In this document: one piece after another, positions 1 to 10,608 of the stretch | How the letters are laid out: every line of letters begins with the position of its first letter | How positions within the stretch are numbered: the stretch's first letter is position 1 | IMG/VR virus record: IMGVR_UViG_3300048597_000042 | Span: 1-61,902 of that record | DNA: 61,902 nt | DNA from: a virus | Taxonomy: Duplodnaviria; Caudoviricetes | Direction: 5' to 3' (one strand) | Program-made: the position numbers and the translations under genes | Notes under the pieces: generated by a model | The model's database searches: none | What the model was told of the DNA's origin: nothing | The model's input: only the letters and a program-made list of their open reading frames with translations

Positions 1-127
1 TCCCTGAGCGCTGTAGAGGCTGTCCTTTACGAGGCATGGTCAACAGTCCGATAGCCGGAGCTAGAAAGGTTTCCAAATCGGACCCTTTAGATATAAATGC
101 CCTGTTTGCTTCAAACTCAGGGTATTA
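1..127. repeat. 127-bp direct end overlap (left copy); circular assembly
   Basis: 1-127 is identical to 61776-61902, and the reading frame continues across the join. Confidence 0.97.
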
Positions 128-1916
128 CGAAACTGAGGAGACCGACACTACAATTCGCGTAGGGAGCTATGAAATACTGAGACCGCCAGCGCCGTTCTTC
201 TTCAAGGACAACGGCATCTACACTACGATTGGCGAGAACATTAAGCGGATATTTGACTTTGCGGTAATGCCACTTAGCCGGTCCAAAGACGAATACACCG
301 GCCAAGAAATGGTGGAGATAGTAGCGGCGTTTCCTAAAGACGAACCGCGTGTTATACGTATGCCCATGAGTCTGACAGCGGACGACAGAAAGATGGGTAC
401 GTTTCTTGCAGATTATGGTGTGATACCAGATCGCGGTATGGCTCCACACTTCTACAGGTACATAGTCGCGCATATCAGGATGCTACAGAACGCCAAGGCA
501 GCTACCCGTCAATATTCTCAATTAGGCTGGCGCTTTCCTAACGTTAACGATATCCGTGATTGCGAGTTCGTACTTGGAGACGTGGTGTATTCTCGGGGCA
601 GGTGGTTGCAGAACACAAGCATAAGCCCGTCGCTTATACCGTCGAAGCCGTCCGCATGTGCAGCAGGGACTATAGAAGCATGGAGGAATGCGTTCAATAT
701 CTTGAACGATATCAACGACGCAGAACCTTTGATAGTCGGCGCGCTTATGGGTTTCGCTGCCCCACTTATTGAGTTCACTCCGTACAGCGGGGTGCTTGTC
801 AACTTGTATGGCGGGTCGGGGCGAGGCAAGTCTACCGCCCAAAGGTTTGCGACAAGTATATGGGGCGTACCCAACGAGCGCATGATTCTTACGCAAGACA
901 ATAGAATACCTATGCTTAACAGATTAGGTTCGATGAAGAACCTGCCTGTTACTTTCGACGAGCTTACAGAAATGGAGCCAGAAGCTCTTGGCACTCTGCT
1001 ATACGAGATATCTGGCGGGCGAGGTAAAGAGCGAGCCAACATCCAAGGCGTTACGAAGGTCAACGAAGCTACGTGGAAAACCATAGTTCTTGGCAGCTCA
1101 AACACGTCTATATACAGCAAGATAGCCAGATTGCGAACTGGTAACAATGGGCAGGCGTATCGGGTTTTAGAGTTTGAGGTATCGCCAGCAGCGCCGGAGT
1201 ACGCAGTTGCTATAGATGCAGCTAAAGCCATACTAGATTCTAACTACGGGTATGCTGGCCGGATGTACGCCGAGCGTATAGCCAACGAGGTTGTTGCCAT
1301 AAAGAATCGACTCACTGACGAAATCCCTAAACTTATGGTAGGGCTTAAAGCCCAGCCAGCGGAACGGTTTTGGGTGGCCGCTATTGCCGCTTTCAAGGTC
1401 GGGGCGGGTATAGCTAAAGACATGGGTTTGCACGACTACCCGGTTGATAGGCTAGTGCACTGGCTATTCAGAGCAGCTAAGGAGGCGCGATCCGGAGTTG
1501 CTGAATCTTACGGCAACGCTCTCGATGCCATCGGAAACTTCCTGCTAGAGAACATCAGCAGTAGCATACGTGACGATGGTAAGAGTCTTATCGTACTGCC
1601 GGCCAACGTACGAACCATAGGTGTTAGGTACTACGGTGATTCAAAGAAAGTTGCCGAGGTTGCCGTAGCTAAGAAAGTCTTACTAGACTACTGCCGCAAG
1701 TCAAGAATAGAGTACGCATGGTTGATGTCGAACTTACGTTCTTCTGGCTGTTTGATTGGATCGCGTAGAGTCAATCTTATGGAACGCACAGGGATGCCAG
1801 ATATTGAAGTGGATTGTTTCATGCTAGATATGAAGTCTCTTGGTGATATGAACTTTCATGTGATAGAAGCTGCACATGCGAGTACTGCCAACAAAACGTC
1901 GCCTTACATAAATTGA
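1..1916 (+). CDS. C-terminal part of primase-helicase (DUF927-like and P-loop helicase domains); gene starts at 60809
   Basis: Walker A GGSGRGKST and Walker B VTFDE; in frame with the ORF starting at 60809 through the overlap, 960 aa in total. Confidence 0.88.
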   Translation, partial: PERCRGCPLRGMVNSPIAGARKVSKSDPLDINALFASNSGYYETEETDTTIRVGSYEILRPPAPFFFKDNGIYTTIGENIKRIFDFAVMPLSRSKDEYTGQEMVEIVAAFPKDEPRVIRMPMSLTADDRKMGTFLADYGVIPDRGMAPHFYRYIVAHIRMLQNAKAATRQYSQLGWRFPNVNDIRDCEFVLGDVVYSRGRWLQNTSISPSLIPSKPSACAAGTIEAWRNAFNILNDINDAEPLIVGALMGFAAPLIEFTPYSGVLVNLYGGSGRGKSTAQRFATSIWGVPNERMILTQDNRIPMLNRLGSMKNLPVTFDELTEMEPEALGTLLYEISGGRGKERANIQGVTKVNEATWKTIVLGSSNTSIYSKIARLRTGNNGQAYRVLEFEVSPAAPEYAVAIDAAKAILDSNYGYAGRMYAERIANEVVAIKNRLTDEIPKLMVGLKAQPAERFWVAAIAAFKVGAGIAKDMGLHDYPVDRLVHWLFRAAKEARSGVAESYGNALDAIGNFLLENISSSIRDDGKSLIVLPANVRTIGVRYYGDSKKVAEVAVAKKVLLDYCRKSRIEYAWLMSNLRSSGCLIGSRRVNLMERTGMPDIEVDCFMLDMKSLGDMNFHVIEAAHASTANKTSPYIN

Positions 1917-1923
1917 GGTCAAC

Positions 1924-2235
1924 ATGGACAGGCTCATAGCTTTTCGTGTAACTATAGCTCCAGATTTTATAAGCGCTTTCGGCGGTAAAGATAGCCCAAT
2001 GATTCTTCTGATACGCGCTACCGATTTTATATACGAGCACGAAAGCAGTCCCGTACCGATGGTGACTTTTCAAGTCGAATACCTTACCGAGTCAGAAGAT
2101 GGCGAAGCGCCGGATTTAGACTACGTAACTGTAGCGTCTATACCTACTCGGGCGGTGGCGCTAATAGAGCGGACGTATGTTCTCGGGGACGTAGAGACTT
2201 ACTATAATAGTGTAGTAGAGAAAACACTCAGATAG
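1924..2235 (+). CDS. hypothetical protein
   Basis: 103-aa ORF with GAGG RBS, packed between primase and ligase. Confidence 0.75.
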   Translation: MDRLIAFRVTIAPDFISAFGGKDSPMILLIRATDFIYEHESSPVPMVTFQVEYLTESEDGEAPDLDYVTVASIPTRAVALIERTYVLGDVETYYNSVVEKTLR

Positions 2236-2243
2236 GCAAAGCC

Positions 2244-3125
2244 ATGATACCTTACAGCTTTAAACCCACTCTTGCAGTTAACTACGAAAAAGTAAAGTCT
2301 CAGCCGCAGACTAGATTCTGTAGCGAAAAAATAGACGGCGTTCGCGTTATATTTTTTGACGGAGTTGCATACAGTCGCGCTCTTAAACCTTTACCTAACA
2401 CTAAGCTCCAGCAGTTTGCTGCGGCCAACAAACGCGTAGTAGACGGCCTTGACGGAGAATTTGTTGTTGGCGATCTGTATGATCCAAGGCTTCTACAGAA
2501 AAGTGTGTCGGCAGCTATGTCGGTTTATGACACTAGCGATTTTTTTATACACGTCTTTGATCGATACGAAGTCCATTCGACGTGGTTTGAACGGTACTGT
2601 GCAATATCTACTATGCGCTTGCCGTCGTGCATGAACGTGCTTCCGCACTACGAAATGACGGAAGACTTTGATTTGGAGAGCTTCGAGAAACGCATTCTAG
2701 ACTTAGGCGGTGAAGGGGTAATGATCCGCAATGCTGCGGCACGCTACAAATGTGGACGTAGCGGCGTGATTAACCCCGAGTTGCAGAAGGTTAAGCGTTT
2801 TGTTGACGAAGAGTTTACAGTAGTAAACTACGCTGCACTTGAGCGTAACGATAACGAGCCCACAGTAAACGAGCTGGGGTACACTTCACGTAGTAGCAGC
2901 AAAGAAGGCAAGGTATCGCAGGAACTTTTAGGTAGTCTGGAGCTAGCGCTCCCTGACGGGCGTACATTTTGGGTAGGTTCTGGATTCACCGAAGAGCAGC
3001 GTGGGTTCTACTGGCCTGTTGCTAAAACCCTTGTCGGGCAGCGCGCTACTGTTAAGTACTTCAAAAAATCTGCTGACGGCGTACCGCTGCTTCCTTCATT
3101 TAGGACTATAAGAGGTGTGACATGA
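2244..3125 (+). CDS. lig: ATP-dependent DNA ligase
   Basis: Motif I EKIDGVR, LDGEF, motif IV EGVMIR, LQKVK and OB-fold VGSGF. Confidence 0.93.
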   Translation: MIPYSFKPTLAVNYEKVKSQPQTRFCSEKIDGVRVIFFDGVAYSRALKPLPNTKLQQFAAANKRVVDGLDGEFVVGDLYDPRLLQKSVSAAMSVYDTSDFFIHVFDRYEVHSTWFERYCAISTMRLPSCMNVLPHYEMTEDFDLESFEKRILDLGGEGVMIRNAAARYKCGRSGVINPELQKVKRFVDEEFTVVNYAALERNDNEPTVNELGYTSRSSSKEGKVSQELLGSLELALPDGRTFWVGSGFTEEQRGFYWPVAKTLVGQRATVKYFKKSADGVPLLPSFRTIRGVT

Positions 3126-3301
3126 TCGAGTTATGGTGTTGTGTATCAATTTCTGTGCTGGTTTTTTGTTTGGTTTCTTTTTAATCTCGTTTGTGGGCAG
3201 CTTGAGAAAGCGACGCTAAGACAGGAAAGCTAGAGCTATACTAGCTGCTCGTGTAAGTTCGGTAGAGAATTGAATCAAAAACTACTTAAAGGAGAATAGA
3301 T

Positions 3302-3505
3302 ATGCCGAAGTATACTTTGAACTGCGTAGTCACGGTTAGCGCGTATACGATAGTAGAAGCCGACACGTTAGAGGACGCAATCGAGCAGGCGGGCGAACGT
3401 ACCGTTGAACTTGGATTCGACGGCAGCGGAAATGATCCAGAAAACGTTTGGTGCATTGAAGAAGCGGATGGGATACCAGAAGACATTACAGGCTACGAAG
3501 AGTGA
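3302..3505 (+). CDS. small acidic hypothetical phage protein
   Basis: AAGGAG RBS; VEADTLEDAIE motif common in small phage proteins. Confidence 0.8.
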   Translation: MPKYTLNCVVTVSAYTIVEADTLEDAIEQAGERTVELGFDGSGNDPENVWCIEEADGIPEDITGYEE

Positions 3506-3550
3506 GTATAGGCTGGCAGCACGGTTTCTAACGGAGAATCGATTCTAGCT

Positions 3551-3790
3551 ATGTCAACTAACAATGCTAAATTCGGCACCGCCACCGAAGCTGGCGACCG
3601 AAGACGAAACAAAAAGCCCAGTAACTACCGACAGGCTCTACTTAAAGTAGATGGCCGTGCTATGACCTTAGAAGAAGTCGAAGCGGCTGTAGGCGTTGAA
3701 GTGTCGCTCACTAAACTTCGCGCTCTAGGAGGAAAGCGGCCTTTGACTCTTGAGAGGATACGAAATGCATACCTCGTTTCTAGTGACTGA
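3551..3790 (+). CDS. small basic hypothetical protein, possibly DNA-binding
   Basis: 79-aa ORF with upstream GGAG. Confidence 0.65.
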   Translation: MSTNNAKFGTATEAGDRRRNKKPSNYRQALLKVDGRAMTLEEVEAAVGVEVSLTKLRALGGKRPLTLERIRNAYLVSSD

Positions 3791-3951
3791 TGCAGAGAAT
3801 GCGGCCATACGCGCTAAATACGAAGCAGCAGGTTACGAAGTAACTCACATAGAAAAAGTGCTTTGCGACTGGAAGTTCACACCGTCATTAGGTGCTTACT
3901 AGAAGACGCGTACGGCAACGTTAAAGTTGTTCTGTTTTGCGCGACAACACT

Positions 3952-6900
3952 TTAGTTAAGTAGCGCGTCTGCTTGCCGCATAAGCCTAGTACGGCTACTG
4001 CGGTACTGGTTAGTCAGGGCGACCATTCTGCTTCGCTTTACTTCATCAGACATAAGTCTGTTGTCGCGTATGGCGTTAGCGTCTGCGTTGAAATCGCGGT
4101 TCAACTTATCAATCTGCGAATCTAAGTTGGCTAGCCTACGTACAGACTCCGGCAGTTGGTTTGCAGTACCGGCTATCTCCGCCTGCTTAAGCTGGAAACT
4201 AAACTTATTCAACTCCCTACGTAAAGCGTTGAACTCCACGTTATCTGAGAACTGCATATCCCGCACTGTCACTACATTTGTGACAGTCTGACTTAACGAA
4301 GCTAGGTCCGCACCGACACCGCCCACGCGCGGCTCTGAAAAGTTTTCCACATCGCCAACCATCTGCTGGTTGCGAGCATCTTCCTTCATTACAGAAGTTA
4401 TGCTACGGCCTACACCGCCCAACCAAGAGTCTACGCCGAACTGAAAAACTTCTGGCGGTACATCAAGGCCAGTGCTGTCGTACAAGCCTTCGCTCATAGA
4501 TGTGAAGAACTCGGGAGTGCCTAACTTGGGCGACGAAAACCACGGAACGCCAGCGTCTTTATACTGGTTGTAAATACTACCGACGCCGAATCGCGGGCGA
4601 TTAGCGGCTATGCCTATAGCTGTATCAGTGAGCGGATTAAACCCAGCCGCGCCCAACAACTGCGACTTTATGAAGTCGTTAGCGTCTGCTTGCGCTGGTA
4701 TGGTATACGGCTGGATAGGCGTAGTGTTTTTCTGGACATGGGTGGCTAGCTGATACGCCGCATCTTCAGGCGTTATGTAGCCTTGCATTGCCATATACCC
4801 GACAACTCCTATAGCCGGCAATAGTTGGGGCATTCCGTAACCTAACGGAATCTTATACGGCTCTCCATCTGCCGACTTTATAGGCAGTATCATGTTCATC
4901 ATGGCAGTCTCGGCCTGAACCTTGCTCAGGAGAGGCTCGTCGTCGTCGTCATCATCACCCAGCGCGCCGTCCAGTAATGCCATCCAGAGGAAGCCCATGG
5001 TAGCTCCCCAGCCTAGCAGAGCGATAGCTTTCTGCTGATTGAACGTACCGTCGGGATTCCTAGTGACTGTATAGAGCCTATCTGCGCCGGTCATGGCAGC
5101 ACGCCAGAATGGAACAAGCGAAGCGAAGTTCGCCGCTTCAGTACCAGACTGAGTAAAGTTCTGTAAGTTGCGAGAATACGTAGCAGCTTCCTGATCCCCG
5201 AGGTCTTTGCGAAGAGTATTAAATACTGCTATACGGGCGCCGTATTCTGCCATAGTGCCCATTGAGTCTAGCACCTTGACACCTAAATCGCCAAGGTTGC
5301 CAAGTCCTCTAACCAGTTTGTTAGACTTTAGCCTAGCAAGCCTTGGGTTAGTGTTAAGTTCTTCAGCGAACGACGACATCACTCCGTAGAAGTCTGCAAA
5401 CTGCGACGCTCCGCCTGCGTCTTCAAACGCAACTATATCTTGTGCGGCCTTATCACCTTTGGCTGCAAACTCTCGCATCTTCTGCGGACTAGCAAATGCC
5501 CCTTCTAGCGCAAGGTTAACGTATCGGAAGTACCCGCCGCTAGACACGTAGTTGCCTATAAATTCTACTGACTTGCCCATACCGTGGTCTATGGCAAGCA
5601 TAGTAGGCGCGTAGTTAAAGTCACGGAGTGCTTGCGTAACCAGCATGAAAACCGGGTAAGCCCATGTTTGTGCGCGCGAGTACCACCGTGTTACCGGAGC
5701 CATGTACCTGAGCAGATACTCATTCGGCGGGCGGTATTGCGTATTGATGAACGCTTGCGTCAGCGAATCGTTTTCCCCCATGTCGAAGATTATCGCCGTG
5801 CCGTCGTCTCTACGCCACAGCATCTTAAACTTATTCTTTTCTTTGTAGAGCGTCTGCCCCATAGGGAAGTCTGCGCTTGTCTCACGCTCTGTTATCCCCA
5901 GCTTAAGCTCCCCCGCCAGCCCGATCATTTGAGGCCCGAGCTGGTTCATCATCTGCGCAAACTGCATTTGCTTTACTGACCTAGCAAACTCGCGTTCTAG
6001 GTTGAGCAGCGGATTCTCAGGCGGCGTTGTACGCCCTTGCATGGGAATAACCGTACCCGTTGTAGGTAACGTTTCGTCCGAAGCTGGTTCATCAGTTGCA
6101 CTCTTGATGTCGCGGCTCGCGCGCAGCGGGACCCACCATTCAAAGTTATACGAATCGAACCGGCGCATTTGCTCCGGCGATATGTTAGAAGCGTATATGT
6201 TTGATTTTATTTGATCGGCAACCGCTTTAAGCGCAGGCTTAAGCGGCGCTATATCTTGCATAGTGATGCCCATTTCCTTAGACAGGGAATCGAACACCAC
6301 CTGTAAGTCAGCCGACCCTGCACCGGAGTAGTTCTCACCTCTCCAATTAGCTTCAGTTGCGTGTTCATCAGCTATAGCAAATAACTGACTGCGAAACTCT
6401 TCCGCAGTCATAGCGCCTTCTTTTTCGTAGGCTTCTATAAGCAAGTCTCTAAGTTGCGAACCTTCAACAGTCAAGTTAGTGTTTCGCGCAGACAGCATAG
6501 CATTGCGCTCTATACCGTGCAGCGCCCAAATCATACTGCCAAGAAAATCTACAAACTGTTTGTTGTCTTTTAGTTTGCTTTTGCCGTGTAGATCGTGTAT
6601 AATTTCTTCTACAGGACGCAGTACTTGTTCGCTTTGCACAGCGACAGTACCGGCAATTTTAGCTTTAAAATCCCCAAACGTGTTTTCAAACCGCGTCTTA
6701 AAGCCGAGCGAAACCATCACCTCGTCTACCTTGCGCGCAGGTAGAAACTCAGCGGCGGTCTTTTCCCAAAACTTCCGCAGTCCGGAAACGTTTTCTCTAC
6801 TGAACTCGTTAGGCTGTTGCGGGTTTCGTATTTGTTTTAGTATTTGCTCAGCTCTATTTTTAGGCTGTTCGATCTCGTCAGTATCTACGCTTAAGTAGCT

Positions 6901-9900
6901 AATGTTTTTGTTATTGGCATCCCACGTGCCTCTCTTGTCCACAACTTTCGAGTCGCCGAACCAAGCGCGAAACTCAGGCGAGTTAGTCTGCTCTTCAGAC
7001 AGTGCGCCTTCTTGGGTTGGCGTGTTGGGTCCGAATAAAAACGTCTTTGCTGTTACGCTGTTTGCCGTCTCATCTACAGACATGTCGAGCAAAGAGTCCG
7101 CCGTACGTAGCAGTTCTTCCAGTGCGCTCTTATATGAGCGCCCAAGCCCGAAAATACTCGCGACGATTTCTACAAACCGATCCCACAGAGTTTTTTCTCC
7201 GAGGTTTATATCGGCTAAGAAAACCTGCATTTCTCTATCGGTTAAGCCCCAAGCCAGTACCTCGTCTGGAGTTCTCAGGGCGTTTATAGACCTATTGTAT
7301 ATGTTCTTTTCAAAGTCAGTGAGGGTCCCAGCTTTTACTCTGCCGTTGAAATATTTTACTACTTCATTACGTAGGTCATTAAGTGCCTTAACTGCTGGCG
7401 AGTCTTTATTAAAAAATATATCTAAGGCGGTTGCCGCATGAAGTAGTTCATGGAGCACAGTCTGATAGCGCATACCGGAAGGGTACCCGCTCTGGTTTTC
7501 AATAACGGCAGCCCCATTGAGCGTCAGAGTTAGTACTGGCGCTTTGCTTTTTGAAACTGCCCAGTGGAGTAAGCCCCTCGCACTATACATTTTAACCAGA
7601 CGCCGTTCGCCCGATTGAAGGTCGAACACAAACTCGACACCGCGTTTTTGCATGGCATCGAGCTTGTTTTGTACCTTAGTAGCTATCTCTTTAACGTACT
7701 CGTTAGGCGCGTTATCCACCGCCCACTGGGCTAACTCGGCAAAAGTCTTGCCGGTAAGCTCGCGTTCTATACGCTGCTCTTCGGGGTCGATAGACCAACC
7801 GCCCCCTTCTGCGGCGGCTTGAAGTGTGTTGCTAGAATCACTCCCGTCGCTAGGGCGCAAGCTATTCTCACCCTCCTGCGCGGGGAGAGCTTCAGTTAAA
7901 GCTGCTTCTACTTGAGCTTCGCTGATTCCGTTCTTTACAGCAGCTTGCTTTATAGCTTCTACCCTAAGCCGAGCATAGGCTGGCTTGTTTTTAAGCAGCG
8001 CAAACTTCACTTTCGCAGAAAAAGCGTTTTTCTTAGCCTCTATATCTGTGAGCTTAGCTGCTTTATCCACCCACTTGTCGATACCAGCAGAAGTCAAATC
8101 GATAGCTTTAGGTAGCATAGCGTTCACTTGCCTAAAGTAGTCTGCCGCTACGTCAGGAGCTATGTCTGTTTCGGCGGGTGGCGCACTAGGCGTTGTCGCC
8201 GCAGTTTCGCGCGCAGGTTCCACAGGCGTAGCGGGAGCCGGGGCGGGAGCCGGGGCGGGAGCCGGGGCGGGAGCCGGGGCGGGAGCCGGGGCGGGAGCCG
8301 GGGCGGGCCGGGCTTGCGTAGGCGCGGCAGTGCGAAGAACGTCAGCCCTAGCTTGGGCTGTTTGTGTTTTTGCGGACTCAAAAGCGTTGACTATATCAAG
8401 CAACTGGGTAGCAAGCCCGCCTTGCGTTTTAGCTAGATTGTTTTGCGGTACGCCAAGAGCTGCGCCGACAAAGGCTACTTCTTCTGGAGTTACCAGATCA
8501 GGCTCTTTTGCAAGATTCTTAGCCGCATTAGCGACTCTTTCTGTCAACTCGTTTTGGGCTACTGCTCCAAGTATAGCTGGCCTAACGGCAGTCGGTCTTT
8601 TTTCGTACGCTCGCAGCAGTAATGCTTCCGCACTTAAAGAAGGCGAAGCAAGTCCGTACTTACGCAAGTTAAGGTCGTTAATCAAATTTATGGTTTCATT
8701 AAGCCCTGCTATTGTTTGCTGTAACTCAGACTCAACTTGCTTACGCGGGTCTGCCTTAGACGCTTTAAAAGCCAAAGGATTGCCTGTACCCGCAACCGTA
8801 GTAGGCGATACATTAACAAGCCGAGTAGCAAGAACGTCAGAAAGCTCTTCTATTGTACGAACTCTCTGCGTTGGCGTATTTACGTCTGTCTCTTCGCCTG
8901 AAGTTTGATCCGAAGGAGCGGCGGCTGGCGCTATAGATTCAGCACCGCTCGGGGCCGTAGCATCCACGGCAGCACTGTCAGAAGGCGGCTGTACTGTGGC
9001 ATTCCCAGTAGGAGCAGTAGGCTGCGCAGGAGGTTGTGTAGTAGGCGAGGTTTGCTGAACTGCTTCAGGCTGCGCCATAATCCCTCGGATGCCACCAGCG
9101 CCAGCACCCACTGTGCCGCCAGCCAGAGCGCCCACCAGCGCATTGAAACCGGGACGCACCTCCGCAGCCTGCTGGTCGAAGCCGCCTGCCAGTAATGCGT
9201 TCTGCGTGGCCTGAGCCTGACCGAACTCAGCCGGACCTTCCTGTGCCGCTTCGAGCGGCGCGGTAATTGCTGCTCCTTTCACGCCACGGGCAAGGGCATT
9301 CCCTCCCATCACCATTCGGTTAACATCCATCACTTTTTCAGCAATGGGGACTGCTCCGAGTACTCCGGCGCCTATTGCCAGCGGATCGGTGGTTGCGGCG
9401 CGTGCTACAGTAGTGGCTTGTTCAGGAGTAGCACCTTCTGCGATAGCTCGCTCGTAGGCTTCAATACCAGCCTGTCCGGGAATTGACGCGCCTTCAAGAA
9501 CTGCGGCCCCGGTACCAGCGCGGTTTGATATAGCTTGTCCAACTGAACCTAATGCTTTTACGCGACCAAGAACTTTTAAAGCAAGCGCTGGGCCTACGAA
9601 ACCTGCGCCCATGCCGGCAAGTTCTGACAATACGATAGGGTCAGAAATCAACGTAGCAGCGGCTGTTCCGTAGTTACCAGCATCATACTCTTGAAGGGCT
9701 TTTTGCCACGTAGCATCACGCGCTGCTTTTTCTGCCGGATCGCGGTATTGAAATAACTGCTCTCCAAACTTGTCCACCGCTGCGCCGGCAGACGGCGACA
9801 CAAGGCCGGCTATACCGCCAACAGTAGATACGCCAGCTTGCCCTGCGCTACGCAAGACATTAACGCCCATATCAATAAGGCCAAAATCGTCTCGTGCGGC

Positions 9901-10272
9901 TTGGTTCTGCGCTTCCGGAGTTTGCTCTGGTGCTTGCATACTAGGACTGCCAAGGACAGCCTGCGCAGCGTTGTTGCGACCGAAGGCATACCACTCCGAC
10001 ATAGCACGATTAGTGATGTCAGCTTGCGTGGTATTGTAAAACTGCGCTAGCGTACCAGAGCTTACGTCTCGAAGATACTCCCCGAACAGAGTATCAAACT
10101 CCGGGCTTTGGACAAACAACTGTACCGACGCTGGGTCTTGAAAGCCCTGTAGCTTAAGCCGCTGTTTAGCAAAATCCGTAAATGAAGTTAATTGCGGCGG
10201 CTGTGCAGGAGGCGCAGCTTGAGGCTGCAACTCAGGGTACAAAGACAGCGGGTCAACCGGAGGCCGAATCAT
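3952..10272 (-). CDS. large internal virion/ejection protein, polyvalent type, with a zincin-like HEXXH domain
   Basis: 2106 aa, last gene of the virion arm; Ala/Gly-rich hydrophobic N-terminal third, Pro-Ala linker, VLHELLHAAT...EVLAWGL motif, large helical C-terminus. Confidence 0.8.
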   Translation of the reverse strand: MIRPPVDPLSLYPELQPQAAPPAQPPQLTSFTDFAKQRLKLQGFQDPASVQLFVQSPEFDTLFGEYLRDVSSGTLAQFYNTTQADITNRAMSEWYAFGRNNAAQAVLGSPSMQAPEQTPEAQNQAARDDFGLIDMGVNVLRSAGQAGVSTVGGIAGLVSPSAGAAVDKFGEQLFQYRDPAEKAARDATWQKALQEYDAGNYGTAAATLISDPIVLSELAGMGAGFVGPALALKVLGRVKALGSVGQAISNRAGTGAAVLEGASIPGQAGIEAYERAIAEGATPEQATTVARAATTDPLAIGAGVLGAVPIAEKVMDVNRMVMGGNALARGVKGAAITAPLEAAQEGPAEFGQAQATQNALLAGGFDQQAAEVRPGFNALVGALAGGTVGAGAGGIRGIMAQPEAVQQTSPTTQPPAQPTAPTGNATVQPPSDSAAVDATAPSGAESIAPAAAPSDQTSGEETDVNTPTQRVRTIEELSDVLATRLVNVSPTTVAGTGNPLAFKASKADPRKQVESELQQTIAGLNETINLINDLNLRKYGLASPSLSAEALLLRAYEKRPTAVRPAILGAVAQNELTERVANAAKNLAKEPDLVTPEEVAFVGAALGVPQNNLAKTQGGLATQLLDIVNAFESAKTQTAQARADVLRTAAPTQARPAPAPAPAPAPAPAPAPAPAPAPAPATPVEPARETAATTPSAPPAETDIAPDVAADYFRQVNAMLPKAIDLTSAGIDKWVDKAAKLTDIEAKKNAFSAKVKFALLKNKPAYARLRVEAIKQAAVKNGISEAQVEAALTEALPAQEGENSLRPSDGSDSSNTLQAAAEGGGWSIDPEEQRIERELTGKTFAELAQWAVDNAPNEYVKEIATKVQNKLDAMQKRGVEFVFDLQSGERRLVKMYSARGLLHWAVSKSKAPVLTLTLNGAAVIENQSGYPSGMRYQTVLHELLHAATALDIFFNKDSPAVKALNDLRNEVVKYFNGRVKAGTLTDFEKNIYNRSINALRTPDEVLAWGLTDREMQVFLADINLGEKTLWDRFVEIVASIFGLGRSYKSALEELLRTADSLLDMSVDETANSVTAKTFLFGPNTPTQEGALSEEQTNSPEFRAWFGDSKVVDKRGTWDANNKNISYLSVDTDEIEQPKNRAEQILKQIRNPQQPNEFSRENVSGLRKFWEKTAAEFLPARKVDEVMVSLGFKTRFENTFGDFKAKIAGTVAVQSEQVLRPVEEIIHDLHGKSKLKDNKQFVDFLGSMIWALHGIERNAMLSARNTNLTVEGSQLRDLLIEAYEKEGAMTAEEFRSQLFAIADEHATEANWRGENYSGAGSADLQVVFDSLSKEMGITMQDIAPLKPALKAVADQIKSNIYASNISPEQMRRFDSYNFEWWVPLRASRDIKSATDEPASDETLPTTGTVIPMQGRTTPPENPLLNLEREFARSVKQMQFAQMMNQLGPQMIGLAGELKLGITERETSADFPMGQTLYKEKNKFKMLWRRDDGTAIIFDMGENDSLTQAFINTQYRPPNEYLLRYMAPVTRWYSRAQTWAYPVFMLVTQALRDFNYAPTMLAIDHGMGKSVEFIGNYVSSGGYFRYVNLALEGAFASPQKMREFAAKGDKAAQDIVAFEDAGGASQFADFYGVMSSFAEELNTNPRLARLKSNKLVRGLGNLGDLGVKVLDSMGTMAEYGARIAVFNTLRKDLGDQEAATYSRNLQNFTQSGTEAANFASLVPFWRAAMTGADRLYTVTRNPDGTFNQQKAIALLGWGATMGFLWMALLDGALGDDDDDDEPLLSKVQAETAMMNMILPIKSADGEPYKIPLGYGMPQLLPAIGVVGYMAMQGYITPEDAAYQLATHVQKNTTPIQPYTIPAQADANDFIKSQLLGAAGFNPLTDTAIGIAANRPRFGVGSIYNQYKDAGVPWFSSPKLGTPEFFTSMSEGLYDSTGLDVPPEVFQFGVDSWLGGVGRSITSVMKEDARNQQMVGDVENFSEPRVGGVGADLASLSQTVTNVVTVRDMQFSDNVEFNALRRELNKFSFQLKQAEIAGTANQLPESVRRLANLDSQIDKLNRDFNADANAIRDNRLMSDEVKRSRMVALTNQYRSSRTRLMRQADALLN
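8231..8307. repeat. 12-bp perfect tandem repeat (GCGGGAGCCGGG x6 plus 5 nt) encoding a (Pro-Ala)n linker
   Basis: Read directly from the sequence. Confidence 0.95.
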
Positions 10273-10601
10273 TAGACAGTATCCACAAGATCACGTAAGA
10301 ATTGACGTACTTGCGCTTTATCGATTTGCATTAGCTCAGTACGCGGGCTGTACTCCATCGGGTTGTATGCTACATAAGTAGCCCCCTCCGGGTCAAGAAC
10401 AACGCCCATCCGGTCAAGTCCGTACTTCGCTATGGCTGACGGTTCTTTGTAACGCGGTTTTTTAGGGTCGTTTGTGACCTCATACCGCAAGACTAGTTCA
10501 TCGTCAGCAAGGGCCTCTTGCGTCGCTTGTTCGTAAAACTCTTTCTGCTCTCGCGCGTTTTCTGTGAGAGTGTCATTTCCGTACAGCTTTACATAGTCCA
10601 T
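10272..10601 (-). CDS. hypothetical virion-module protein
   Basis: Fills the gap between the SLT and ejection genes; start uncertain (10601 or 10625). Confidence 0.6.
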   Translation of the reverse strand: MDYVKLYGNDTLTENAREQKEFYEQATQEALADDELVLRYEVTNDPKKPRYKEPSAIAKYGLDRMGVVLDPEGATYVAYNPMEYSPRTELMQIDKAQVRQFLRDLVDTV

Positions 10602-10608
10602 AAATAAC

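Noticed and set aside
1-127. Biological direct terminal repeat
   Set aside because: It is exactly 127 bp, a common assembler k-mer length, and falls inside a gene, so it is best explained as a circular assembly overlap.
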